A stretch of DNA of 55,165 nt from a virus. Lineage: Duplodnaviria > Caudoviricetes. The stretch is taken from positions 1 to 55,165 of the IMG/VR virus record IMGVR_UViG_3300033144_001879; one strand, 5' to 3'. This document shows positions 45,095 through 53,762 of this stretch, in pieces; position 1 is the first letter of the stretch; each line of letters begins with the position of its first letter. The position numbers and the translations under genes were made by a program. The notes under the pieces were generated by a model. It was not told the DNA's origin, searched no databases, and saw nothing but the letters and a program-made list of their open reading frames with translations.

Positions 45095-45321
45095 TAGATT
45101 ATCCTGTACTTGATTGGAGTCGGGTGAAATGAGTTGACGAACTCGCCGTCGAAGCTCACTCGGAAAAGCCGCCGGGATCCATCGAACCGGATCCCGGTCG
45201 CGCCGTCGAATTCCAAAACTTCCGCGATCGTCTTTTCGATCTCGCGGAGTCGTGCGCCGATCGCGTTGTGAGCGTAGATCGCTTCGCGTTGGAGTCGGAT
45301 TCTTTGGCCGGTCTTAAACAT
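45094..45321 (-). CDS. Hypothetical protein
   Basis: MFKTGQRIRL...; packing. Confidence 0.6.
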   Translation of the reverse strand: MFKTGQRIRLQREAIYAHNAIGARLREIEKTIAEVLEFDGATGIRFDGSRRLFRVSFDGEFVNSFHPTPIKYRII

Positions 45322-45326
45322 GATTC

Positions 45327-45734
45327 TCAGTCTCTCAGGATGTGATCGATTTCGCGGCGTTGCTCGTCGGTCGGCGGCTCGCCTTCGTAATCCCAGATAG
45401 CCATGCTTACGAGATAACCTTCGAGGCGCGCTCCGGTGTCGCCGGTCGATTCGATATGTCCGTCGCGGATCGCGTCGCCGATCAACTTGGCGCGACGCTT
45501 CGTCTCTTCGCTTCCGACCACTTCGCCGTCGATGACGGTCAACCACTCGGCCGGTCCGCCTTGTCCGTTGCACTGTCCGCCACAAGTCGCGTTCAAAACT
45601 TTAATGACTTGAAAGCCGTCGAAGTCGTGTTCGCTGCAAAGCGTTCCCCAACGTAATCGTTCGCCGGTCTCGGTCGTCGTGCAGAAATCTCGGTCGGATT
45701 TCCATGCTTGAATATTTGTTCGTCGGTCTGCCAT
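45327..45734 (-). CDS. Hypothetical protein
   Basis: AGGAACT RBS. Confidence 0.7.
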   Translation of the reverse strand: MADRRTNIQAWKSDRDFCTTTETGERLRWGTLCSEHDFDGFQVIKVLNATCGGQCNGQGGPAEWLTVIDGEVVGSEETKRRAKLIGDAIRDGHIESTGDTGARLEGYLVSMAIWDYEGEPPTDEQRREIDHILRD

Positions 45735-45747
45735 TGGTCGAGTTCCT

Positions 45748-45951
45748 TTAAGAGTTTTCTGCGATCCATTTTGCGCCGGCTTTCGCGTCGCGCAAAAGGT
45801 TGTAAGTTTGACACCACTCCCAATTTCCGATGACGTCGTCGTTGCGTTGAAGAAGCATCCAAAAGCCGTCGTCTTCGCGGCGTTGCGCTTGAAACTGGCG
45901 GTCGCCCGTTTCGTATGTTCCGGTTCCTACTTTGTTCCACTCGTGGGGCAT
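45748..45951 (-). CDS. Hypothetical protein, first gene after P2
   Basis: ATG follows the conserved leader CACGAGACCCGACC. Confidence 0.7.
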   Translation of the reverse strand: MPHEWNKVGTGTYETGDRQFQAQRREDDGFWMLLQRNDDVIGNWEWCQTYNLLRDAKAGAKWIAENS

Positions 45952-45986
45952 GGTCGGGTCTCGTGATTGGGTGAGTCGATGAGTGG

Positions 45987-46016
45987 AATTTACGCGTACC
46001 CGTTGGGTGGTGGCAA
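45987..46016 (-). promoter_or_regulatory. Promoter P2 with operator in the spacer
   Basis: TTGCCA-18-TAAATT; TACCCGTTGGGTG at 45997-46009. Confidence 0.78.
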
Positions 46017-46027
46017 GCTTTTGAGGC

Positions 46028-46056
46028 AAATAAAAACCCCGACCGGGGCCGGGGTT
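46028..46056 (-). terminator. Intrinsic terminator (minus strand)
   Basis: ACCCCGGCC-CC-GGTCGGGGT followed by TTTTATTT on the - strand. Confidence 0.75.
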
Positions 46057-46089
46057 CCTGAAAGCCTTATGCCGTGCGGCTTGTGGGAT

Positions 46090-46272
46090 TCAAAAAGAAA
46101 GGCCGCGAACTGGTCTCGCGGCAACTTTCCGGTTGTTTTCCGCACGTTTTCGGGCCGTTTCGTCGAGCCGATCTTGCCGGATCTCGTCGTGAACTTCGTC
46201 GGGATCCGGCTCGGCTCGAACGGTCTCGGGCTCGTCGTCGGCGTACGGTAAGACCATGTGATTTTCGATCAT
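46090..46272 (-). CDS. Hypothetical protein
   Basis: ATGA overlap; EPDPDE. Confidence 0.55.
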   Translation of the reverse strand: MIENHMVLPYADDEPETVRAEPDPDEVHDEIRQDRLDETARKRAENNRKVAARPVRGLSF

Positions 46273-46562
46273 GACTTCGCCGCTTCGTTCAAAAACTTTC
46301 GTGCGGCCTTCGTGATGTTGAGTCGCTTTCCGGCTTTCAACATCGTTCGAGCGGCGCGCTTGACTGTCGACAACTTGCCGTGAAGTTCCGAAGTGTAATT
46401 CTTGACTTCGTGATTCGAGATCTTGCGCAATCGAATCGGCGAGTCGATCCAAACGAGCGGAGTATAGAGTCGCTTCGCTTCGCCGAGAATGGCGACGACC
46501 GTTCCCGATGACTTCGAGCCGACGGCGTTCTTTCCTTTGTACCGAACGAGCTTCATCTTCAT
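46269..46562 (-). CDS. Basic hypothetical protein
   Basis: AGGAACC-N6-ATG. Confidence 0.7.
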   Translation of the reverse strand: MKMKLVRYKGKNAVGSKSSGTVVAILGEAKRLYTPLVWIDSPIRLRKISNHEVKNYTSELHGKLSTVKRAARTMLKAGKRLNITKAARKFLNEAAKS

Positions 46563-46717
46563 GGTCGTGGTTCCTTTGGTTGGTTGTGTCTCGGGATGGT
46601 GAAGCCGGCTCCGAAGCCGGCGTGACTCTTTTTCAATTTGCGTCCACAGATGCAACGGACGTGTTCTCCGTCGGGAAGTTCTTGCGCGCCGTGGTATCGG
46701 GCGTCGATGATTTTCAT
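46559..46717 (-). CDS. Small protein (CxC)
   Basis: RCICGR...IPRH. Confidence 0.55.
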   Translation of the reverse strand: MKIIDARYHGAQELPDGEHVRCICGRKLKKSHAGFGAGFTIPRHNQPKEPRP

Positions 46718-46752
46718 ATTCGACCAACCGCACCACACTTTGAGGCAAGATC

Positions 46753-46950
46753 TCACGACGGTTTCTTTTGCTGTGAGTAGAGTTCCAAAATCTCGACGTC
46801 GGCTCCGTAGCTTGCGCGAGCGGCCTTCGGCGAGTCATAGACGGGGATCATACCAATACACCCGTCGTCGACGTCAGAGAGCGCTACACGAGCGCCCGTC
46901 GTCAATTTGATGTCTTTCAAGAGTCGCATCGCCGCAAACATCACGGACAC
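46753..46950 (-). CDS. Hypothetical protein
   Basis: GMIPVYDS..AA. Confidence 0.6.
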   Translation of the reverse strand: MSVMFAAMRLLKDIKLTTGARVALSDVDDGCIGMIPVYDSPKAARASYGADVEILELYSQQKKPS

Positions 46951-47198
46951 TCATGGACGCATGGACATTCATCAAAGGCCGGGTGAAGCTCGCGACCGCA
47001 ACGACCGCACTTCGTCGGCTCGTGGTAAACGTGAGCGGATCCGATCGGTCGTTCGCAGTTGTCGAAGATCGTTCGGTAAAGCGGATCGGCGTCGGCGGCC
47101 GAGACAACGATCGGCGTCAAGATCTCGGAGATTTGATCGGCGGTCAATCGGTCGCCAGTCGTGCGGCATCCGATGTCGATTTCAATTTTCAATTTCAT
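46941..47198 (-). CDS. Hypothetical protein with C-terminal Zn ribbon
   Basis: AGGAACC-N6-ATG; CGRCG...CPC. Confidence 0.7.
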   Translation of the reverse strand: MKLKIEIDIGCRTTGDRLTADQISEILTPIVVSAADADPLYRTIFDNCERPIGSAHVYHEPTKCGRCGRELHPAFDECPCVHECP

Positions 47199-47211
47199 TC
47201 GTTGGGTTCCT

Positions 47212-47415
47212 TTATAGTCCGATGTGTAAATCGTCACCGGTCGCGATTTTGAACGCCTTCGATATGGCGGCGAGTTTGACGTTCCGGCCGAAGACCGGAT
47301 GCGACGGAAAAGCGAGTTTGTTCGCTTCGTTTCCAATCACCGACCGCGCTTCGTCGGACGACAAGTCGGGGAGACTTTTCGCAAACGTGCAAAGTTCTTT
47401 CGTCGGTGATTTCAT
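47212..47415 (-). CDS. Hypothetical protein
   Basis: AGGAACC-N6-ATG. Confidence 0.7.
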   Translation of the reverse strand: MKSPTKELCTFAKSLPDLSSDEARSVIGNEANKLAFPSHPVFGRNVKLAAISKAFKIATGDDLHIGL

Positions 47416-47504
47416 TCGTTCGGTTCCTTTGAAGTGGCCGGCGACTTTCAGGCCGCCGGCCGAGGGTTACGATTTGTTGTTTCGCTACTTCATGCGGTCT
47501 CCCA

Positions 47505-48719
47505 TTACGCCGCGACTGCGACTCGATTTACGATTGTCTGTTTTACGCCGTGATATTCGTCGTGGTCTTTGACGGTCATCTTCGCGGTTCCCTTTTGACC
47601 GACTTCGAGATTATGAGTCGAACTCCACCACTTCGCAACATTGCCGGAAATCAACATCGTGTAAAGCGTGGTTCCACCGAAGTCGTTGTCGAAGAAGTTC
47701 TCGGAGATCACTTCGAATTCGTACTCGGCGCGCTTCTTGATCTCGCCGAAATGTTCCGAGTTTGCGCTCGCGGCGTCGGCGGCCTTCCGGTCTTCGCCGC
47801 GCTTCTTTAATGCCGGCAAGCAAGCGGCGAACCCGGTCATGTTCTGGGGAACGTTCTCGGCGTCGAGAATGCCGGCGACGTTCAAGACGAACGAGTCGCT
47901 CGATCGAGTGTCGGGTCCGCCGTCGGTTCCGTCGTTGCCTTGATCGACGAATTCGCCGCGAGCCCAATCGATGACGACGTCGGCTTCGGCGTATTGCTCA
48001 TTCGTGAAAGGTCCGCGCAACGGGTTCGCTTTGTTGGGCGAGTAGATGCTCGCGTTTACACGGTCGCTCGTTGCTTGTCTGATCGGCTCGCCGTATTCGT
48101 CTTCGGAGTTGGCGCGCGATACGTAACCGTGTTCGCCGATAACGTCGATCGCGATGGCGACGACATGACGAAGAGAGTTCGACGGAGTCTCTCGGATCCA
48201 CTGGCGATCGTTGTCTTCCCAATTGCGAACGTCGTTCCAAAATCCCGCGCCTTTGAGAGCATCGGCGGGCGAGTATCCGAAGAAGTCTTTCGCGCAGGAT
48301 TTTCCGACTTGCTTCGTTTCGCCGGTTTCGAGATTGCGAAGAACGAAGATGTTCTTCCGGTAGCGGCTCGTCTTGCAATGATCGCAAGCGCTCGTGATCT
48401 CGTCGTAACCGTCGAAGCCGTCGGCGTTAAAATCGAAATATTGATTCGGGTCTTCGAGCTTGGCGAGACAAACGAACTCGAAGCCTTCGATCGAGAATGA
48501 CGGGCCGGTGATCTCGACGTCGATTACGCGAACCGGAACGTATGTGATTTCGCCGGCGCGGTCGACGGGTTGCTTCGAGATTCTTTCGTCGCCGAGCTTC
48601 ACGGAGAATTCGCCGGCGCGTTGAACGGCGGCTTTCTTATTCAGTCGCTTGAGGTTGCGAAAGAGAACGCCGGTTCGGAATGCCGGGATCGTGATTTCAA
48701 TGGTCTTTGTATCGGTCAT
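47505..48719 (-). CDS. Phage protein with Zn ribbon and C-terminal OB-fold-like domain
   Basis: CDHC..R.R...QVGKSC.KDF; SEHFGE...TVKDHDEYHGVKQT. Confidence 0.8.
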   Translation of the reverse strand: MTDTKTIEITIPAFRTGVLFRNLKRLNKKAAVQRAGEFSVKLGDERISKQPVDRAGEITYVPVRVIDVEITGPSFSIEGFEFVCLAKLEDPNQYFDFNADGFDGYDEITSACDHCKTSRYRKNIFVLRNLETGETKQVGKSCAKDFFGYSPADALKGAGFWNDVRNWEDNDRQWIRETPSNSLRHVVAIAIDVIGEHGYVSRANSEDEYGEPIRQATSDRVNASIYSPNKANPLRGPFTNEQYAEADVVIDWARGEFVDQGNDGTDGGPDTRSSDSFVLNVAGILDAENVPQNMTGFAACLPALKKRGEDRKAADAASANSEHFGEIKKRAEYEFEVISENFFDNDFGGTTLYTMLISGNVAKWWSSTHNLEVGQKGTAKMTVKDHDEYHGVKQTIVNRVAVAA

Positions 48720-48730
48720 GGTAGTGGTTC

Positions 48731-48946
48731 CTACAGGTAAGTCTTCGTCGTCATATAAATGGCGATCGTGGTCGCCTTGCTACGACTGAAGCATTTGCGA
48801 ACTTCGCGGTCGGTTGTTCCGTCGTTCCAGTATGTGAGAATTTCGACGGCGTGATATGTCCCGCCGTTGGTTCTGATCGTCACGTCGACGGACCGGTTAT
48901 CGAAGTCCGCCGAATAACTTTGAACGAAATGGAGTTCGCGAGGCAT
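48731..48946 (-). CDS. Hypothetical protein
   Basis: Packing. Confidence 0.6.
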   Translation of the reverse strand: MPRELHFVQSYSADFDNRSVDVTIRTNGGTYHAVEILTYWNDGTTDREVRKCFSRSKATTIAIYMTTKTYL

Positions 48947-48952
48947 TGGTTT

Positions 48953-49213
48953 TTACCGAACGTCGAACGTAAAGAAGAAGCGGCCGTCTGGGATCGTGTG
49001 CTTCGTTGCGAAGATCTCGTGATCTTCTCCGTAATTGCGAATCGTAACGCGGCCATCGTTGTGGATTTTCGGAATCCGTCGGATCGTTTGAATGTGGACG
49101 ACTTTTCCGAATCTCATGCATTCGATATTCCAACCGCCGACGAGAACGTTCTTCAGGCATCGCGTGGAATGTTGAACTGCTTCGATAATGTTTGCGGGTT
49201 CGTGTGTGGTCAT
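48953..49213 (-). CDS. Hypothetical protein, first gene after P3
   Basis: ATG follows leader CACGAGCCCAGACC. Confidence 0.65.
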   Translation of the reverse strand: MTTHEPANIIEAVQHSTRCLKNVLVGGWNIECMRFGKVVHIQTIRRIPKIHNDGRVTIRNYGEDHEIFATKHTIPDGRFFFTFDVR

Positions 49214-49247
49214 GGTCTGGGCTCGTGAGTGGTTGGTCGATGGGTGA

Positions 49248-49289
49248 AATTTAAGGCCAAAGCGGATCCGTGGCAATACCCAACGGGTA
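49248..49289 (-). promoter_or_regulatory. Promoter P3 with operator abutting the -35
   Basis: TTGCCA-17-TAAATT; TACCCAACGGGTA at 49277-49289. Confidence 0.78.
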
Positions 49290-49581
49290 GATATTTGGGC
49301 CGAGTATTCGAAGAAGCGCTCAAACCCTTACGGCATAAGGCTTTCAGCGCCGAAGTTATTTCGAATTATTTTCGGATCTTGCGGCGGAAATGGCGCAACG
49401 GCGCGCGTTTGCGCACGTTTTTCGGGGGTTGCGCGTACTTTTCGGAGACCGAAAGACGCCGGTTTATTTTTCACGAGCGGGAAAACCGGCCAACAAAAAC
49501 CCGCGCTTCGCAAAGAACCCGACCAAAAGTCCCGACGCCGTGAAGCGTCGAATGCGAAGCGGAACCCTGTTCATTGTAACG

Positions 49582-49821
49582 CTAGAAATTAGACGCGTCG
49601 ATGACCGACTTTAATCCGTCGATGACAAACTCGTCGCCGACGTTGAGTTTTATCACGTTCATTTCGAACACGTCGCAACCGTCGCATTGCGCCGTCAACC
49701 GAAAAGTATTTCGAGTTAAACGCTTGAGACAAACGTCGAGCGAATTGTCTTTCGACAACAATCGAAGAACGCGATTTTTCGCGGCCTTCGTTAGTTTGAA
49801 TTGCATTCTTGAAGTAAGCAT
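49582..49821 (-). CDS. Hypothetical protein
   Basis: GAGG RBS. Confidence 0.55.
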   Translation of the reverse strand: MLTSRMQFKLTKAAKNRVLRLLSKDNSLDVCLKRLTRNTFRLTAQCDGCDVFEMNVIKLNVGDEFVIDGLKSVIDASNF

Positions 49822-49835
49822 TTATTTTTCCTCGG

Positions 49836-50849
49836 TTAGAAAAGCGGTTGCGCCGATCTTATTTTGTCGAGCGCCGACGGTTCGTCGACGACTTCGTGAT
49901 GACAAAGATCGATCCATTCGCTCGCGAGTGCCTCGGGTACGCCGAACGCTTTCGCGAGGGCGGCAACGATTGAATTGCGACCGGGGAACCATTTCACTTC
50001 TTCGATAGTTTGCGGTCCGATCTCTTCGACGATTTCTTTCAGGCCGAGAACGGTCGCTTCGCCGGCGTCGAGATCTCCGCAATCGGTCGAGGCTTGCGTT
50101 CGCGGAAGCGCGCCGATCGATCCGTCGACGTCTTCTTTCTCGTATTCGCCCTCGATCGATTCGTCGAGTAACGCTTGTCGCTCGGCGAATTGTTGCTTCG
50201 CGCGCTCTTGTTTCTCTTCACGGAGAAGTTGAAGCTCGGCCGCGTCCGCTTCGGCTTTCAACATCTCTTCATGAAGCGCGCCGAGTGATTTCATTGCGTG
50301 ATGTTTTTGCGATGCCGCGACGTCGGAGAATTCTTCGAAGCCTTCGATCTCGATTCGGTCGAGGTCGTCCATGTATTGAACAATGAGATCCGAGTTCGCT
50401 TGTTCCTTTCTCGCTTTCTCGAACGTCTCACCGAAGAACGCGATTCGCGTGTTAATCGCCGCGATGCGTTCTTCTTCTTCTCGACGCTTCGCTTCTTCGG
50501 CGTCTTTGATCTTCTTCTCTTCGTCTTTGATTTGATCGTCGATCGGAGTTTCGAGCGCGAACAATGCGGCGGTTAACGACTTCGCCGCCGCGTCGATCGA
50601 TTTCCCGAGCGCAAGAATCGGAGCCTTCGCCGCCGTGCGAACGTGTTCGATCGCGAAGCGCGGACGCCGGATCTCTTTGCGAGCCGCTTGCGCCGCCTTC
50701 ATTCCGTCGGACTCGTCGACGTCGAAAATCACGCCGGCGTATTTCTCGGTCAAGTCGGCGATGCCGGCTTCGGTTGCGTTGAACTTTTGAACGGCGGTGA
50801 CGACTTCGTCGGCGGCCGGTGTTGGGATCGTTTCAATGTCGGTTGTCAT
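49836..50849 (-). CDS. Coiled-coil protein (DUF1351-like)
   Basis: L.EKY.G..FDV...GMKAA..AR.EIR..R..IE..R...KAP. Confidence 0.75.
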   Translation of the reverse strand: MTTDIETIPTPAADEVVTAVQKFNATEAGIADLTEKYAGVIFDVDESDGMKAAQAARKEIRRPRFAIEHVRTAAKAPILALGKSIDAAAKSLTAALFALETPIDDQIKDEEKKIKDAEEAKRREEEERIAAINTRIAFFGETFEKARKEQANSDLIVQYMDDLDRIEIEGFEEFSDVAASQKHHAMKSLGALHEEMLKAEADAAELQLLREEKQERAKQQFAERQALLDESIEGEYEKEDVDGSIGALPRTQASTDCGDLDAGEATVLGLKEIVEEIGPQTIEEVKWFPGRNSIVAALAKAFGVPEALASEWIDLCHHEVVDEPSALDKIRSAQPLF

Positions 50850-50945
50850 GATTTTGGTTCCTCGGTTTGTTGATGTTCAGGTCGGCACTTTGCGGCCGGA
50901 TATGATCGCCCAGAACATACCCGGCCGCCGATCGCGCCAGAAAAA

Positions 50946-51251
50946 TTAAACAGTTCTCCAAACTCGCTTCGGCCGGGAATGACATTGTGGAAGGTCGGAC
51001 TTTTTGACTCGATCCGTTGCCACAATAACGCCGATCTTTTGCAATCGCATCATGACCGGTCCCATTGCTCGCGGTTCGGACGGTCGCCGATCGGGATTTA
51101 ACGCTTTCCAGATGTCGTCCGAAGTAAACTCGGAACATCGAAGCGAAACAAGCTTTCCGATGTCGATGGCGTATTCGATCCACTTGCGATTTCTTGACGC
51201 CGTCAATCGGCAAAGCGCCTGATCTCGAAGCATATCCCCTTGCGTCGGCAT
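50946..51251 (-). CDS. Winged-helix-like hypothetical protein
   Basis: FTSDDIW...PRAMGPVM..L.K.G.I...H.RP..VW. Confidence 0.7.
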   Translation of the reverse strand: MPTQGDMLRDQALCRLTASRNRKWIEYAIDIGKLVSLRCSEFTSDDIWKALNPDRRPSEPRAMGPVMMRLQKIGVIVATDRVKKSDLPQCHSRPKRVWRTV

Positions 51252-51715
51252 CAAAACGGAATATCGTCGTCGAAGTCGTCGGGGTGCGGCGCTTGCCCGC
51301 TACTTTCGCCGGCGGTCGCAGGTTGTGAACTGCTATCGCCCGTCGAGTTCGCAGGTTGTGAACTGCGCGGCGCGGCTCCGCCTTCCGGTTTCTTGTCGAG
51401 CATTTTCATTTCGCGGCCTTTGATCTCGGTCGTGTAGCGCTTCACGCCTTCTTTGTCGGTCCACTCGCGAGTTTGAAGCGAGCCTTCGACATAGACTTTC
51501 GATCCTTTGCGGAGAAACTCGCCGCACACTTCGGCGATGCGGCCGAAGAACGCAATCTTATGCCACTCGGTCCGCTCGCGTTGCTCGCCGGTTTGCTTGT
51601 CTTTCCATCGTTCGGAAGTCGCGACGTTGAAGTTCGCGCAAGCGTCTCCGCTCGGCATATATCGAACCTCGGGATCTCCGCCGAGGTTCCCGATAATCAT
51701 TACTTTATTGAGCAT
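51251..51715 (-). CDS. ssb: Single-stranded DNA-binding protein
   Basis: [35 protein letters not shown]. Confidence 0.97.
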   Translation of the reverse strand: MLNKVMIIGNLGGDPEVRYMPSGDACANFNVATSERWKDKQTGEQRERTEWHKIAFFGRIAEVCGEFLRKGSKVYVEGSLQTREWTDKEGVKRYTTEIKGREMKMLDKKPEGGAAPRSSQPANSTGDSSSQPATAGESSGQAPHPDDFDDDIPF

Positions 51716-52496
51716 TGTTTCCGTCTCCCGTTTCCGTGTCTTTACTGATAACTTCGCCCGTCGCTTTGTCTACGTCCGCCGGCGGCTCTTCGGCCGCTTC
51801 GCCGACGCCGAGGACCGACTTAATCCGTTTCGTCGTTGTGTCGCCTTTCACTTCGGGAGCGTCCACAACTTCGTATTCTGCCTCGATGATTCGCTCGGCT
51901 TCGTCGGCGTCATGGATCCCGACAAACCCGAAGCCGATCCGCGCGGCTTGAATCAAAGCCTTGTGACGGAGCATCCGCTTCGTGTGCGTTTGCCACGGTC
52001 CCTTGATCGTGTTTCCGTTCTTCACGAACGGCGGCCGGTACACTTCGTCGAAGTACTCGCGAACGGTGACGGTGTGCGCGCGGTCCGATCGGTGAATGAT
52101 GACTTCGCACCACGACGGACAATCCTTATGTTCGCCGTTCTTCACGATGTCTTCGGAATAAACGAACTCCAATCCGTCGAAGGCTTTATGCTCGTTGATG
52201 ATCCGAGCCCAACCGTCGACGCCGACGACCGGGACGATTCCGCCCTGATCGGGATAGGCGTAAATCTCTTTCGTCCACGGATTGAGGTTGTATTGATCCG
52301 CGACGACGATCAACGCCGCCATTTGTTCGTTAGTGATCTCGACGGCGTTCCGGCCTTTCTGTTTGAACGCAGTCGACTTGAGAGTCGTCATCATTATGGC
52401 GGGATCGAGCCCGTATTTTCCTGCGAACTTTTGAATCAGGGAAACCGACTTCTCGGCTTTGTCTGTGGTCGCAACTTGCTTCGTGTCGTCGGTCAT
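51705..52496 (-). CDS. bet: Red-beta/RecT-family single-strand annealing protein
   Basis: [55 protein letters not shown]. Confidence 0.93.
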   Translation of the reverse strand: MTDDTKQVATTDKAEKSVSLIQKFAGKYGLDPAIMMTTLKSTAFKQKGRNAVEITNEQMAALIVVADQYNLNPWTKEIYAYPDQGGIVPVVGVDGWARIINEHKAFDGLEFVYSEDIVKNGEHKDCPSWCEVIIHRSDRAHTVTVREYFDEVYRPPFVKNGNTIKGPWQTHTKRMLRHKALIQAARIGFGFVGIHDADEAERIIEAEYEVVDAPEVKGDTTTKRIKSVLGVGEAAEEPPADVDKATGEVISKDTETGDGNNAQ

Positions 52497-53419
52497 GATT
52501 TCGGTTCCTCGGTGATTTTAAGATTCGGCCGGAACGTTCGGATCGACTTCGGCGAAGAATACTCTTCGTATAGTCCGGGGTGAGCTTGGTCGAATGACTT
52601 GCGATTGAACTGCGAGCGATCCGAGTTACTCCACGTCGCGATCTTCTTCCCGTCGTGCATCAAAGCGACGGCGTCTCCCATCGATGCCTTGATTTGATTT
52701 CGAAGTCCGTCGTCGTGAGCTTTGAGCTTCTTGATCTCGGCGTGAACTGTTTTCAGTTCGCCGTGGATCAATGCGATTTCTTCCGACGCATCGATCGCGA
52801 GTTGTGTCGCCGTCGGATATGCGAGATCGATCTCGACTCCGGTCTTCGGATCCGGCTCGATGCCTTTCAAGATATGATCGGTCCACCATGTCCGAATTTT
52901 CTCCGATAGAAAGTTCCCGAGTTCTTCGTCATACTCGATCCGATAGATCTTGAAGTCGCCACCAATGTCGGCGGCAAGATGCCACACTCGCCAACCGGTC
53001 ACGATCATGTAATGTAAACATTGAATCAAATAGTACGGCGGAACGTCATCGGTTCCGGCTTCGCCGAAGTGCATCGCCATGCGCCAATTCGCGGTTTTTG
53101 CTTCGAGTCCCTCTTTCTTTCCGACGATGCGTCGATCGATATGTCCTACCATGAAAGGGAAGTCGGGATTCGTCAAAGTTTTGTTGACGCGATGCGCAAC
53201 GAGATCGGTCTCTTCGGAGAACCATTTGCAAACAAGCGCTTCCATATCGTTGCCGCGCTTGACCGCAAACTTCTCGGAAATATCTTCGGGGATAACCTGC
53301 CCGGTCTTCTCTTGCCAAAGTTCGTACGGCGTTTTGTACGGGTTCAAATAAAGAAGCGTCGCGGCATCGGATCCACCGATTCCGGTCTTTCGTTTTTCAA
53401 GTTGTTCAGTCGTAAGCAT
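52493..53419 (-). CDS. YqaJ-like (lambda-Exo family) exonuclease
   Basis: RKTGIGGSD, YKTPYELWQEKTG, GHIDR, LEAKT, YLIQCLHYM. Confidence 0.93.
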   Translation of the reverse strand: MLTTEQLEKRKTGIGGSDAATLLYLNPYKTPYELWQEKTGQVIPEDISEKFAVKRGNDMEALVCKWFSEETDLVAHRVNKTLTNPDFPFMVGHIDRRIVGKKEGLEAKTANWRMAMHFGEAGTDDVPPYYLIQCLHYMIVTGWRVWHLAADIGGDFKIYRIEYDEELGNFLSEKIRTWWTDHILKGIEPDPKTGVEIDLAYPTATQLAIDASEEIALIHGELKTVHAEIKKLKAHDDGLRNQIKASMGDAVALMHDGKKIATWSNSDRSQFNRKSFDQAHPGLYEEYSSPKSIRTFRPNLKITEEPKS

Positions 53420-53448
53420 GGTCGTTTAATCCTCTGGTCTTCGGTCGA

Positions 53449-53486
53449 GGCGTCGACTTTAATCGATGTAATTCACGAACGCAAGC
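53449..53486 (-). promoter_or_regulatory. Leftward promoter for exo-bet-ssb
   Basis: GCTTGCGT-17-TAAAGTCGACGCC. Confidence 0.75.
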
Positions 53487-53567
53487 CGCGCGAAATCCCT
53501 GTTTTTGTAGGGTGAAACGACAAAAGCGGCGGAGCATTATAAGCGCTTGTTATGCCGGGGGAAATGG

Positions 53568-53762
53568 CGATCGTCTAGCAAATGCTATAAAAACTTAGCA
53601 CGTTTTTAAGTGACGGAAAAACCGAGAAAACGGCGCGTGAAACCGGCCGCAAAAACACGACAGTTTTTTTTCGTAAGTCATTGGGTGGCCCGAGCGTTTT
53701 TCCGATCGTCTAGCAACTGCTATCAATTTGTAACTAGATAAGAAGAAGATAAAGATATAAAA
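53568..53762. other. Putative replication origin: two iteron-like copies, IHF-like site, purine/AT-rich tract
   Basis: CGATCGTCTAGCAA(A/C)TGCTAT at 53568 and 53703; GTAAGTCATTG near 53673; AGATAAGAAGAAGATAAAGATATAAAA. Confidence 0.55.

Noticed and set aside
51507-52583. Long antisense and alternate-frame ORFs (this one, 393..1214, 18519..19310, 21748..22626, 31788..32588 and others)
   Set aside because: Arg/Ser-rich shadows of well-supported genes, expected when stop codons are scarce in other frames; no RBS or motifs
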